Below are positions 50,726 through 59,778 of a stretch of DNA of 64,000 bases, piece by piece. Source of the stretch: Trueperaceae bacterium (GTDB taxonomy: Bacteria; Deinococcota; Deinococci; Deinococcales; Trueperaceae). The notes under the pieces are model-generated. The model was not told the origin of the DNA and made no database searches. It worked only from the letters and a program-made list of their open reading frames with translations. Positions within the stretch are counted from its first letter, which is position 1. Each line of letters starts with the position of its first letter. The stretch spans positions 3,424,001 to 3,488,000 of the forward strand of contig OZ243913.1 of assembly GCA_965213705.1 (NCBI GenBank). Reading direction: 5' to 3'. The position numbers were made by a program, and so were the translations under genes.

Positions 50726-51540
50726 ATGTTCTTAAACAGCGTAGCGATGTGAGGCTGTTGCACACCGTCTTCGCTGATGAAACAAACCATGAAGTTCGAA
50801 GGAACGGCCAGCGCGTAAGGCTGCTTCTGCTTTTCTAAGAAGATGCGCACTTTCCAGGAGGAGTACACCGTGTCCGCTGCCACCCAGGACGCTTTGACCC
50901 CAGCCTCAAAGGCGCGCTCGAGCATCCGCTGCGCCAGCTGTAGCGGGTGCGACCACGCCTGACGCGGTTTGCTCAAGAATTTACGCTCGTTAGGAACACC
51001 TGCCTCCTCTCGCCGAGCTTTATCCTGTGCCCACTCTTCAGCAGAAACAGCTCACGGTCGATGAACGCAGTGCCCTTTTCGCTCGCGTGGGCCAGAAACA
51101 CGCCGACCTGACAGTTCTCGATTCTCCCGGCGGTGCCCGAATACTGCCGTTTGACCCCGACCGAGTGCTCACCCTTCTTCAGAAAGCCCGTTTCGTCGAC
51201 GACCAGCACTGGGCCGTCAGAGCCGAGCTGTTCCAGAACGTAAGTTCGAAGTTCATCCCGCACGCCGTCTACCTCCTAGTGCGCAGCCTTCAGCAAGCGC
51301 TGAGTACCGTGAGGCGTGGCTTCACCAGCTTGTTCGGCCAATGGTCAGCCGTTTTTACGCTCTACCGAGCCGAGCAAGCCTTGAGGGTAAGAAAGTGCCC
51401 GTCGCCGAGGCTCGGCACGAGCGAAGTGTGAACCGATGCGGCTGTGAAGGGTTATAAGTTCTTCTGCCCAGCCTTCGACTTGTTCTAGTGAGGGTGTGCT
51501 CATCCCTCCAGTTTAATCCGCTTAAGTGCAGCTGTAGGAC
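50725..51540 (-). mobile_element. IS701-family remnant
   Basis: [32 protein letters not shown] and ADTVY; several stops. Confidence 0.9.
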
Positions 51541-51573
51541 TAATAACAGGCTAGCAAGTTATCAGTGTAACTC

Positions 51574-53205
51574 TTAGGACTGCCAACCTCCGTCTCCCTC
51601 TACCATCTTTGGTTTCACTCTCATAGGCACAAGCTTTTGCTCCACACGCAAAGTCCATTCCTTGGGCGTCCCCACGTGTAGTAGACGGTGGACATGAACA
51701 ATCCAGGGATATAAAACATGTACTAGCTCGAGCCTAGTCTTACTCCAGTTAACCTGCGGCGTAATAGTTTCCGCAAACATCTCGCCTAACCGCTCTATAT
51801 CGTCATCCTGGTCTTTGCGCCCGCTAGCAGTAACGAGCAGCGTCGCCGCTTTGCGCGCGCTTAAAGCCTCTAATTCTATGAGGTAGGCGGGCAGGCAAGA
51901 TGGCTCCTGAATCACAGCAATCACCACGCCGACGTCGCGGTCCGGCCCAAGCATAAGTGTGATCTGGAAAATCTCTAGCGGCTTCACCAAACGTGTACTG
52001 AGTTCGTTTAGGTAAACAGCGAAATCATTGTAATAGCTTACCAACACGGGGTCATTTAACTTTAACTGCTCATCACTGCTGTCATTGGACTTCGACACTG
52101 CGCCAGGTGTCTCAAATTCTCCGGGACGCAAACTTCCTTCACGCCTTCCGCGCGTTAAACCTACCTTTTCGGTTTCATCTTTTGGGTTAACAACTATTTT
52201 AGGAACTTCTATAGCCTCTTCGTCCGATAGTTTGGGTTGCAGTCGGGTGGGCTTGGGGTCACTGAGAGGCGGCGCGGGATGTGGCAGCTTACGCGAAATC
52301 TTCTTTTTTGTAACCCCTGCCCCCGTTGTGTCGATCGTCACTGTCCCCTTCGGCCGCAAGTGAACAACCTTCTTACTATCCTGCGAGGCAATCGTGCGCT
52401 GTTTCAGCTGTCCTATAACCCCGTAGCTTATAAGCTGGACGGGTAAAGCTTCTACCAGGGTGATGGCAGTAATCTCGAGCACGAGCAGCGTCTGTTCATA
52501 CTTAATGCCTCTCAGTCGCCACGTGGACTGCAGCGGAGGCACTGCCTCGGCTGACCAAGCCTGCTTCTGTTGTGTCAAGGCGCGCGACGTATGCTCCCAG
52601 GCAGCTGCAAACCGGGGCAAACATAGTATGCGGGCGACTTGTCTAACAAACGTTTTGGTTAAGTAATTGCGCGGAACATCTTTGTGAAACCACAGCTCGA
52701 GTTCATGGCCGTCCACCTTGTAGCTGTGGACGATTTCCCTCACCGCGTTAGGCCTGAGCAAGACCTCGGCCAGCGCACGGTTGTGAGCGAAGCAGGCACG
52801 CACTAGCTCGGAGACGGGAACGACCATGCGTTCGCCTTCTGAAAGTTTAAATCCAAAACAATGTTCCAGATAGTTTGCGCGGTCAAAAAGTCGGTAGTGC
52901 TTAGCGCTGATAAGCTCTCGTGCTGAGCGCACCAATGTGTCTTCGACCAGTTTACTAACTTCGAAATCGTGACCAACAAAATCATTCTTGGGCTGACCGT
53001 CCTGGTACGCCTGCCCGAGCCGCAACATCGGTACAGAACCCCACGGTAACCGCACTTCTTGTGGAGAACCGTCGACTGCTTTAAAAGACGCCGTAAGGTG
53101 CCACTGCTTGGTGACTGCATCTTGTGTAGGACTTTGCAACCAGTACAAATACACCCGCTCTGCCTTAAGAAATGGAAAGGGGGCAAAGCGGACTTGCCTA
53201 GACAT
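51574..53205 (-). CDS. tnsE: Tn7 TnsE-like target selector
   Basis: Fifth gene after tnsD; PFPF..LYW..SP..PWGSVP N-terminus and PVSELVRACF, which resembles the TnsE clamp-binding motif. Confidence 0.7.
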   Translation of the reverse strand: MSRQVRFAPFPFLKAERVYLYWLQSPTQDAVTKQWHLTASFKAVDGSPQEVRLPWGSVPMLRLGQAYQDGQPKNDFVGHDFEVSKLVEDTLVRSARELISAKHYRLFDRANYLEHCFGFKLSEGERMVVPVSELVRACFAHNRALAEVLLRPNAVREIVHSYKVDGHELELWFHKDVPRNYLTKTFVRQVARILCLPRFAAAWEHTSRALTQQKQAWSAEAVPPLQSTWRLRGIKYEQTLLVLEITAITLVEALPVQLISYGVIGQLKQRTIASQDSKKVVHLRPKGTVTIDTTGAGVTKKKISRKLPHPAPPLSDPKPTRLQPKLSDEEAIEVPKIVVNPKDETEKVGLTRGRREGSLRPGEFETPGAVSKSNDSSDEQLKLNDPVLVSYYNDFAVYLNELSTRLVKPLEIFQITLMLGPDRDVGVVIAVIQEPSCLPAYLIELEALSARKAATLLVTASGRKDQDDDIERLGEMFAETITPQVNWSKTRLELVHVLYPWIVHVHRLLHVGTPKEWTLRVEQKLVPMRVKPKMVEGDGGWQS

Positions 53206-55078
53206 TGCTACGTTCCAGCGTCGGGACAACCAACTTAGCTAGGGCTTCGTTCAGGGCTTGCTGCACGTTGGGCAGTGCAACAAGATCGGGTCGAAGCCCT
53301 GCCATGCGCTCTAGCTGCCAACGCTTTGGACACTGTTTCTTTTGCCAGCCCCTGGCAGCCCAGCTGATGCGCCGTAGTGCAAAATCCTCTCTGGTTTCGA
53401 CGTTCACTCCTATAGCTTCAAGCGTTTTGGGTAATTTGCGCGCATGTTTTTGGATAAGTGCAACTTGGCCCAACTCACGTGCCAGCGATGTGACTGTCAA
53501 CCTAATCTGCTTGCCCTTGCCGCTACGCAAACGTTCAACAGCAGCATTCACCTGGAGTGATAAGTGCTCGTCCCGTTCCTGCCAATCAATGCGGTGATAG
53601 CGGCTGGCTTTGGTGTGAGCCGGATGCTTTTTTGCAAAGTCTCTGAGCCAGGTACGGTCGTGTCGGTAAAGCCGTGTATAGAGGTGTGGGGAGAGTGCCC
53701 TCAACTCAGTAGTGCCTGCACTAGGGTGAACCTGGTGTAGCGCTATCCACGCAGCTTGCATCTCTTCTCTTGTGGAATTTGAGGTTTCGACACTTCCGTC
53801 CACCTCCACCTTCATGCCCGCTTCATACCGCGTTACGGTGCGGGTTGTAACACCCAAACAGCGCGCCTTCTCCCGCAGTCCCATGCCAGCACATTTGTAC
53901 CTTGACAGTGTATCTTTCCACACAGGGCCGAAGTCAATCATTCGGTCAATCCGGTGACGGTCTTTTGCATCTCGGTCAGGTCCCGTGCGTTGGTAGGTGA
54001 ATCCGCATAGCAGACATTCAAAGGTGCCAACAGGTCGTCCTTTGTCTTTCGTGTGATGCACGACGATACTCTTAACTGTATCCTTCTGAAAATGATCACT
54101 GGTGCAGTTTAGACAGGGCCAGGGTTCGGCTCCGAAAAGTTCTTGTGGCGTATAGCTGAAAAAGTTCTGCGGGCTGTATTCCAGAAACCTCATAAGCAGA
54201 AGGTGACGCAGTGGATGGTGCGAAGACTTTGGATGGCGAACGATGCGGTGGAGCCAGGTGTGTTGTGTGGCCTCCGGCAAGGGGCACTCGAGCAACCCGA
54301 GAAGCTCGTCGCCGTAGAAGTTCCTGAAAGCTTCTATAAGCTTGCTCACCCGCACTCTACCTGCATAGGTCGCGTACCCCTTTTCCGCCAGCGCCCAACG
54401 GTACTTTTTTCGGAACTCTGTTAGGTCTACAGTCTTTATCGTCTGTCTGAGCAACCATGAGGCGTCTTTGGCGAGCCCCACGAGGAGGTTATGACTGCGT
54501 GGGTCAAACCGACTCGGGGAAAAGGCTTTCCTTTCGACAACCTCTCGCGCCGCCCAGAAAACGTGCCGGTTGCGCCGGTTGGAAGTTATTACCCGACTGT
54601 CTTGCAACACGACTTCATGAGTTGGACAAATGTTTATGCCAGGCAGTTGGTGCGCACGTCGCCAATAAGGTTCACCCAGCTTAAGAATGTCCTCTTCGGT
54701 GCAGTGAGGGCAGTGGCGAAGCCGCGCAGGTGTTTTGACAGAACTCGCCATGACGCCGCTGCTGAAATGAACGTAGTCGCTGCCCAACATTGCGGCCGCG
54801 AGTTTCTCTGCGTGCTCAGCTGCCATAAAAGGTCTATAAAAAGGCAGGAGAGTGTGGTTGTTGATAATGTCTCGGGCGCTGGCAAAAAGTCCGCTAGGCA
54901 CCGTGTCATGCACGTGCGCTAAATGGTTGGGTAGGTCCACGACTGCCAGAGCGTTACGACTCCCCAAAACGTTTAGCGTAAAGGTTTTAGCGTCTGGATA
55001 CCCTATCCGAAGGCTATAGCGTGCGCACAGGCTGTAGAAAAGCTCGTCAGGGTAGGGTATGGGGAAATTGTGCAACAC
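53198..55078 (-). CDS. tnsD: Tn7 TnsD (TniQ domain) target selector
   Basis: FPIPYPDELFYS, CPHC and WRRAHQLPG..CPTH Zn finger; 626 aa. Confidence 0.9.
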   Translation of the reverse strand: MLHNFPIPYPDELFYSLCARYSLRIGYPDAKTFTLNVLGSRNALAVVDLPNHLAHVHDTVPSGLFASARDIINNHTLLPFYRPFMAAEHAEKLAAAMLGSDYVHFSSGVMASSVKTPARLRHCPHCTEEDILKLGEPYWRRAHQLPGINICPTHEVVLQDSRVITSNRRNRHVFWAAREVVERKAFSPSRFDPRSHNLLVGLAKDASWLLRQTIKTVDLTEFRKKYRWALAEKGYATYAGRVRVSKLIEAFRNFYGDELLGLLECPLPEATQHTWLHRIVRHPKSSHHPLRHLLLMRFLEYSPQNFFSYTPQELFGAEPWPCLNCTSDHFQKDTVKSIVVHHTKDKGRPVGTFECLLCGFTYQRTGPDRDAKDRHRIDRMIDFGPVWKDTLSRYKCAGMGLREKARCLGVTTRTVTRYEAGMKVEVDGSVETSNSTREEMQAAWIALHQVHPSAGTTELRALSPHLYTRLYRHDRTWLRDFAKKHPAHTKASRYHRIDWQERDEHLSLQVNAAVERLRSGKGKQIRLTVTSLARELGQVALIQKHARKLPKTLEAIGVNVETREDFALRRISWAARGWQKKQCPKRWQLERMAGLRPDLVALPNVQQALNEALAKLVVPTLERSNV

Positions 55079-56586
55079 TAGGCGTCCTGGAACTCGCCTT
55101 TAGATGCAATGTAGCCTCCGGCTACGAGCGCATCATAGGTGGATATGTTTTCCTCACCGGCCTGCTCGGCGGCAAGAAGTAGGCCTGTCGTCCGACGAGC
55201 TTTCTTTTTTTGGCTTTTGCCGGTGACTCTTCCCGGCTGTTTTGGGTTGCCAGCTTCTGGTGGACTTGGTAGAGTACCTGCTTGACTCGCCCTTGGCTCG
55301 CTAAACTCTCGTTTTGGCTTTCGGTTGTTCATTTCTCGCATAAGCTCATTTAGCTCTTCTTGTGCGCCCGGTTTGTCGCTTCTAAAGGCGGCGAGCGCAG
55401 CTTGAGCAGGTGCAAAAATGGTGCTTGCCACTTCTATGATGAGGTCTAACGTAATTTTTTCGGTTTCGTTTTCTATCGCCTGCTGCTGCACGCCAATAAA
55501 AAGCTTGACAACCAAATCGGGGATGCCCACTGTTTCGTGATGAAAGCGACTGCTAATTTCTGGTGTCAGCTCAACCTTTTGAGCCGTATATTGGTAGTCC
55601 CAAAACGACTCCAGGAACTTGTCCCAAATTAAGTGGTCGCTTTCGGTCCTCGAGAAGGGTTTCCAGTGGAAGGGACGTGATGTGATATTTCGTCTGACCT
55701 GCCAAAACTCCTGCTCGAGAACTTCCTGCGCTCGCTCTGTCCCTACCATCAGCACGCCGCAGCCGCTGGTGTTGATAAGTTCGGTGAAAAAAGCTAACAT
55801 CTGCTTCGCGCCGCTCGACTTTACCAAGCTCAAATTTTGAATCTCGTCGATTACGATTAGTCCGATGTTGAATAGGCCAGCAATCCTGCCGACATCGGGT
55901 ATCATTTGGGGACCGGTACGCCCGCCAAAATCTTCGGCAAAGGTGGTGTTGCCAATAACGCGGTCAACCTCTAAAAAGAATTTGTCACACAAACCGCGTA
56001 TAGAACTGTTATGAGGACAGTCGAGCTTGAGCCACACAATCTGTGTAAATGGAAAGGTCTGTCCGCGGTACTGACTGTGGAAGATTGCTTGTGGGTAAAG
56101 AGCGAGTATTCGAGACAAGGCAATCGTTTTACCCAGCCCGCTCATGCCGCAAAGAAAAAAACTTCCTTTAAAGCCGCCCGGATGGTAGCGCATCTGGCCT
56201 GCCTTAGTGGCAACGAGCCTTTCTTTGAGCCTATCAACTTTTTCAGAAAGGTGATTCCAGTAGGTTTTGTCAGCAAAGTTGTTGCGGTCTATGTAGCTCA
56301 GGCGTAGCAACGTCGAGATTTCTGACTCGAGTGTGTAGTGGCGATGCAGCGGCACGAACATGCGCTCTAAGCCACGAACAAGCTGCACCCGCACTTCACT
56401 TGGATAATCTAAGGCTTCTTTTTTGAAGTTGGGGAAGTAAGCGATACGCTCCAAAACCTCTTTTTTTGACATAATAGCTGGTAGCGCTTCGATCAAGGGG
56501 TTACCCTCGTGCTCTTCGATAAGCACGTCTCGGTACGCCCCATCTTTGACTGTTCCATCAACAAATTTTGCCTTAAAATCACTCAT
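55078..56586 (-). CDS. tnsC: Tn7 TnsC AAA+ ATPase
   Basis: GNPLIEALP, GMSGLGKT, WLKLDCP and IDEIQ motifs. Confidence 0.92.
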   Translation of the reverse strand: MSDFKAKFVDGTVKDGAYRDVLIEEHEGNPLIEALPAIMSKKEVLERIAYFPNFKKEALDYPSEVRVQLVRGLERMFVPLHRHYTLESEISTLLRLSYIDRNNFADKTYWNHLSEKVDRLKERLVATKAGQMRYHPGGFKGSFFLCGMSGLGKTIALSRILALYPQAIFHSQYRGQTFPFTQIVWLKLDCPHNSSIRGLCDKFFLEVDRVIGNTTFAEDFGGRTGPQMIPDVGRIAGLFNIGLIVIDEIQNLSLVKSSGAKQMLAFFTELINTSGCGVLMVGTERAQEVLEQEFWQVRRNITSRPFHWKPFSRTESDHLIWDKFLESFWDYQYTAQKVELTPEISSRFHHETVGIPDLVVKLFIGVQQQAIENETEKITLDLIIEVASTIFAPAQAALAAFRSDKPGAQEELNELMREMNNRKPKREFSEPRASQAGTLPSPPEAGNPKQPGRVTGKSQKKKARRTTGLLLAAEQAGEENISTYDALVAGGYIASKGEFQDA

Positions 56587-58765
56587 CGCCGTCACCTAAA
56601 GCCCGCCGCCGTAATTGGTCGATTATATCGAGGTCTTTTTCCTCCAGGGTTTTGTGAATTTGCTCTGAGCTGGCGGGGGCACTCAGGATGTCGTCTAAGT
56701 CGGCGGAGGTTTCCGGCTCAGGCAGGCCTACTGCGGATGACGTTTCTGGCAGCTCCTCAGGCTGCCATGATTCTTCGGTGCGCAGCTGCTGGCGCATCTC
56801 CTCCCGCCCCTCCTTAAGTGGAATTTTTTCGGAACGAGCCTGGTCCCCCTCCGTTAGGCGCTCGGCTTCACTGACAATCGCCGCGATGTTGCGGCGCAGC
56901 TCACTTCTTGCAGCACGCTCTTCCGGCAGCGACTCCTCCTTGTCGAGCTTCTTATTTTCAGTATAGTCCTCCACTTCATACCAGTCACGCCCTTTGAAAC
57001 CCTCATAGTTGTGCCTGAGCGTGGCAACCTCAAATACCCCGTCTTGTATTATGTAAATCCAGTTCGTTGTGCGCTTGTCGTAAGCGATTTTTGCGCGAAA
57101 AGTCCCGTCTATGCGGGCACGCGACGTCCACCTTTCGCGGCGCTCACGAAGACTGGTGTAAGCGAGCGTTTGAAACATAACTCCGTCGCGGGTCACCGAC
57201 GCCTCAGCCTGAGGCAGAAGGCGTGCACGCACCATATCTCGCGGCTGATGATGCAGTTTACCACTGCGGTGCTGGATACCCCAGCGCCAAAGCTGCATGG
57301 GGATAGGCTTCACTTGCTGTTCAAGCATCTCGCCACTGAGTGGATACTTCTCGAGCTCGTGGCTTGAGTTGTAATAGCTGAACATATGCGCGAGAATCAT
57401 CCGGAACTCATGGATGTCTAGCTTTGCATCGTCGGGATTACCCTTTTTATTGCGGTCCTTGGGTAGTTTTCTGACAGCGCCGGGGAGCCAAACGATAACT
57501 TCATCATCGATCAACTTGAAACGCCTCTCGACGATGGGCTTCCATTCGGGGCGATAGGGTGCTGTATTGGCTACGGAGACGTCAAGCTCTTGAATCAACC
57601 CCACAGCTTGATTAGACAAAAGTTCTCCGCGGTCAGCCAGTAAAGCCTGTGGCAGTAAGGAACCTACATAGCTGCTCCTTAGTTCCAGAAGGTTGTACTG
57701 TGCTAGAAAGTCTTCCTTATCATTGAAGGCGTGTTCTAACGCCAACATTGCACCCACCCAACTAGGGCCTTCTAAGCCCACGTAGAAACCTATTACCAAC
57801 CGGGAAAAAGTATCAATAACAACATAAATCACCGGTCGCCCTATGATGACGGACCTATTCAGTGAACTAACCAGGTAAACGTCGCCTATAGTGGCGTCAA
57901 TTTGAAAAAGGGAACCGGGGCCAAAGGCGATGTCTGTCGATATACCCGACAGCTCGCGGTATTTCAAATTGAACAGAGTTTTTCCAATGCGTCCGGCTTT
58001 TCTCTCTATGGGTGAGCGCTCCTTGCGATACCAATAGTAGGCCTGACCTAAAGTGGGCTGTTGCCCAACGATAGGAAAAGACGCGTCCAGCATTAGTTCA
58101 AACGCCGTTTTAAACGAAAAATTTTGTTTCTCGTAATACTTTATGAGACCATCCAATATTTTCTTTTTACGCTCGTCATCAATGTTTACGCCAATTTGTG
58201 CACCGACGATTTTACTTTTGCTAGTAGGCCGCCCTCGTTTTTTGGCAGATGAATTTCGTGACTTTCCTTTTCCACCAGAAAAAAAATAAAAAGGAAGCAG
58301 CGCGTCCTTATGACCGAAGCGCCAGTACAGACGTAGATAGTTCAGGATTGTATCTCTATGTGTATCCTCAGCAGAGGCGACGCTTCTAATGAGTTTTCCC
58401 CGGTAGCTACTCTGAAAAATATGACCAGAGGGATCTTCAACAAGAGGCTGAATTATTGCCCAGGCGCGGTCGCGGCGCTCTTTGAAACTAAGGTTTCCCT
58501 CCTTCACTTCTTCCTCCACAGCTGCCTCTCTAGCTAAAAGCAGTTGATGGGAAAGCGGGTCTTCCTTGAGAAGTTGGGCTCGGTTCTCGTTCACTGCCAC
58601 CTCCAGCTCGAGCATTTCCATCCAGGAGGGTAGCGCTTTTTTTTCATTTATATTTAGAACATAGACTCCGAATCTATTTTTGTCTATCCAGAGTATTCTT
58701 AGAATTTCATCATCTTCTGCAGATATAGTATGGCGCAAAATAAGCTGGTTACGCAGCAGGTTCAT
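56579..58765 (-). CDS. tnsB: Tn7 TnsB DDE transposase
   Basis: FQIDAT, ADRGE and KPIVERRF motifs. Confidence 0.93.
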   Translation of the reverse strand: MNLLRNQLILRHTISAEDDEILRILWIDKNRFGVYVLNINEKKALPSWMEMLELEVAVNENRAQLLKEDPLSHQLLLAREAAVEEEVKEGNLSFKERRDRAWAIIQPLVEDPSGHIFQSSYRGKLIRSVASAEDTHRDTILNYLRLYWRFGHKDALLPFYFFSGGKGKSRNSSAKKRGRPTSKSKIVGAQIGVNIDDERKKKILDGLIKYYEKQNFSFKTAFELMLDASFPIVGQQPTLGQAYYWYRKERSPIERKAGRIGKTLFNLKYRELSGISTDIAFGPGSLFQIDATIGDVYLVSSLNRSVIIGRPVIYVVIDTFSRLVIGFYVGLEGPSWVGAMLALEHAFNDKEDFLAQYNLLELRSSYVGSLLPQALLADRGELLSNQAVGLIQELDVSVANTAPYRPEWKPIVERRFKLIDDEVIVWLPGAVRKLPKDRNKKGNPDDAKLDIHEFRMILAHMFSYYNSSHELEKYPLSGEMLEQQVKPIPMQLWRWGIQHRSGKLHHQPRDMVRARLLPQAEASVTRDGVMFQTLAYTSLRERRERWTSRARIDGTFRAKIAYDKRTTNWIYIIQDGVFEVATLRHNYEGFKGRDWYEVEDYTENKKLDKEESLPEERAARSELRRNIAAIVSEAERLTEGDQARSEKIPLKEGREEMRQQLRTEESWQPEELPETSSAVGLPEPETSADLDDILSAPASSEQIHKTLEEKDLDIIDQLRRRALGDGDE

Positions 58766-59594
58766 TAGCAACCTCCGTTAAATTAGTACCTATAAGAGGC
58801 ACCGGTCGGGTTGGCTCAAAGGGTAGTGACATGTCAATAACCCACTGCCGCGTCGCAATCAAGTGTTTAGCCACCGACAAACACTGACCTGCGTGTAAGC
58901 CTAGTGCTTCGTCAAGGCGTACTGCTACCTGCGCCAAAGACGAGTGAGGCCTTTGCACTTCTGCCGACAACATTTCTGTGATGGTGAGTAACGTATTTGC
59001 CGATACACCGAGCCCGCGGCTGTCCCGGTGGGTGTGTACCTGCTGTACGTTCGCTGCAAGAGTCTTGTCGACTTCGTTTTCTGTAACGAGCTTAAATTCT
59101 TTTCCTTGCAATAGCCAGGCTTGACGCTCCAGTTCTAGCTTCTCAAGAGTTCGCAAGTCATCAAGATCTTTTTCGTATTTGACCGAGCGCGGAAAATCAT
59201 CCGTCCTATCGACAAAAACAGCTGTAACCAAAAAGTCAGTCGTGGGGACAGTAGGCAAGTTCCTTTCTTTGTAAATGTTGTAAGCCTCGGGATGCTTTAT
59301 GCCTAACTGTTCTGCAACATTTAAAGTAATGATTGTGGTGCCGTCAAGCAGCGGAAATTGCTCCCTAATATCTGTTATGGCTAACGACCACTCGAGAGTA
59401 TAGAAGTAGGCAAGCTCGAGTCGGCTCAAAAAATGATGGACACGACCAGTTTTCCAGCCTTTTATCCGTGTAGTAAGACCTTGCGAAGGTATATCTTTAG
59501 CTTGAATGTATGGAATATAAGACGAGCCAACGCCTTGGCCTCGTCCTTCCTTCACCCTCAATAAGACGTTCTGTAAATCAACTCCCCTTGCCAT
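58749..59594 (-). CDS. tnsA: Tn7 TnsA endonuclease
   Basis: EGRGQG, HHFLSRLE, DIREQFPL and TTDFL motifs. Confidence 0.93.
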   Translation of the reverse strand: MARGVDLQNVLLRVKEGRGQGVGSSYIPYIQAKDIPSQGLTTRIKGWKTGRVHHFLSRLELAYFYTLEWSLAITDIREQFPLLDGTTIITLNVAEQLGIKHPEAYNIYKERNLPTVPTTDFLVTAVFVDRTDDFPRSVKYEKDLDDLRTLEKLELERQAWLLQGKEFKLVTENEVDKTLAANVQQVHTHRDSRGLGVSANTLLTITEMLSAEVQRPHSSLAQVAVRLDEALGLHAGQCLSVAKHLIATRQWVIDMSLPFEPTRPVPLIGTNLTEVANEPAA

Positions 59595-59659
59595 ACTTAC
59601 GACATTCTGACAAGGGGAATGTTTTGGGGAGCATCATAAAGAGGAGTTTACAACCTCCT

Positions 59660-59751
59660 TCTTTAGTTGGCAACTTTATTTTACAGCCAACAACTTTATT
59701 TTGTAGTTGGCAACTTTATTTTATAGCCAACAACTTTATTTTTATTTCACA
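59660..59751 (-). repeat. Tn7 right end with four TnsB-binding sites
   Basis: CAACTTTATT at 59671, 59691, 59711 and 59731; minus-strand terminus TGTGAAATAAAAATAAAGTTG. Confidence 0.9.
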
Positions 59752-59778
59752 ACAAGTTTTACTTCACCTTGTCACTCG

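Larger units (their letters stand above)
51574..59751 (-). mobile_element. Tn7-like transposon core at attTn7; left boundary unknown
   Basis: tnsABCDE plus a right end about 27 bp downstream of the glmS stop. Confidence 0.92.

Noticed and set aside
8429..51280. Many in-frame TAG codons (8429, 8582, 9185, 26313, 39517, ~51277) suggesting amber recoding
   Set aside because: Intact genes including glmS end in TAG. Several of these sites are simple TGG->TAG changes in genes that also carry TAA, TGA or frameshifts, so ordinary decay explains them.
59660..59751. Regular repeats as a mini CRISPR array or CAST
   Set aside because: The period is 20 bp with no unique spacers and no cas genes. They match TnsB-binding sites at a TGT terminus.
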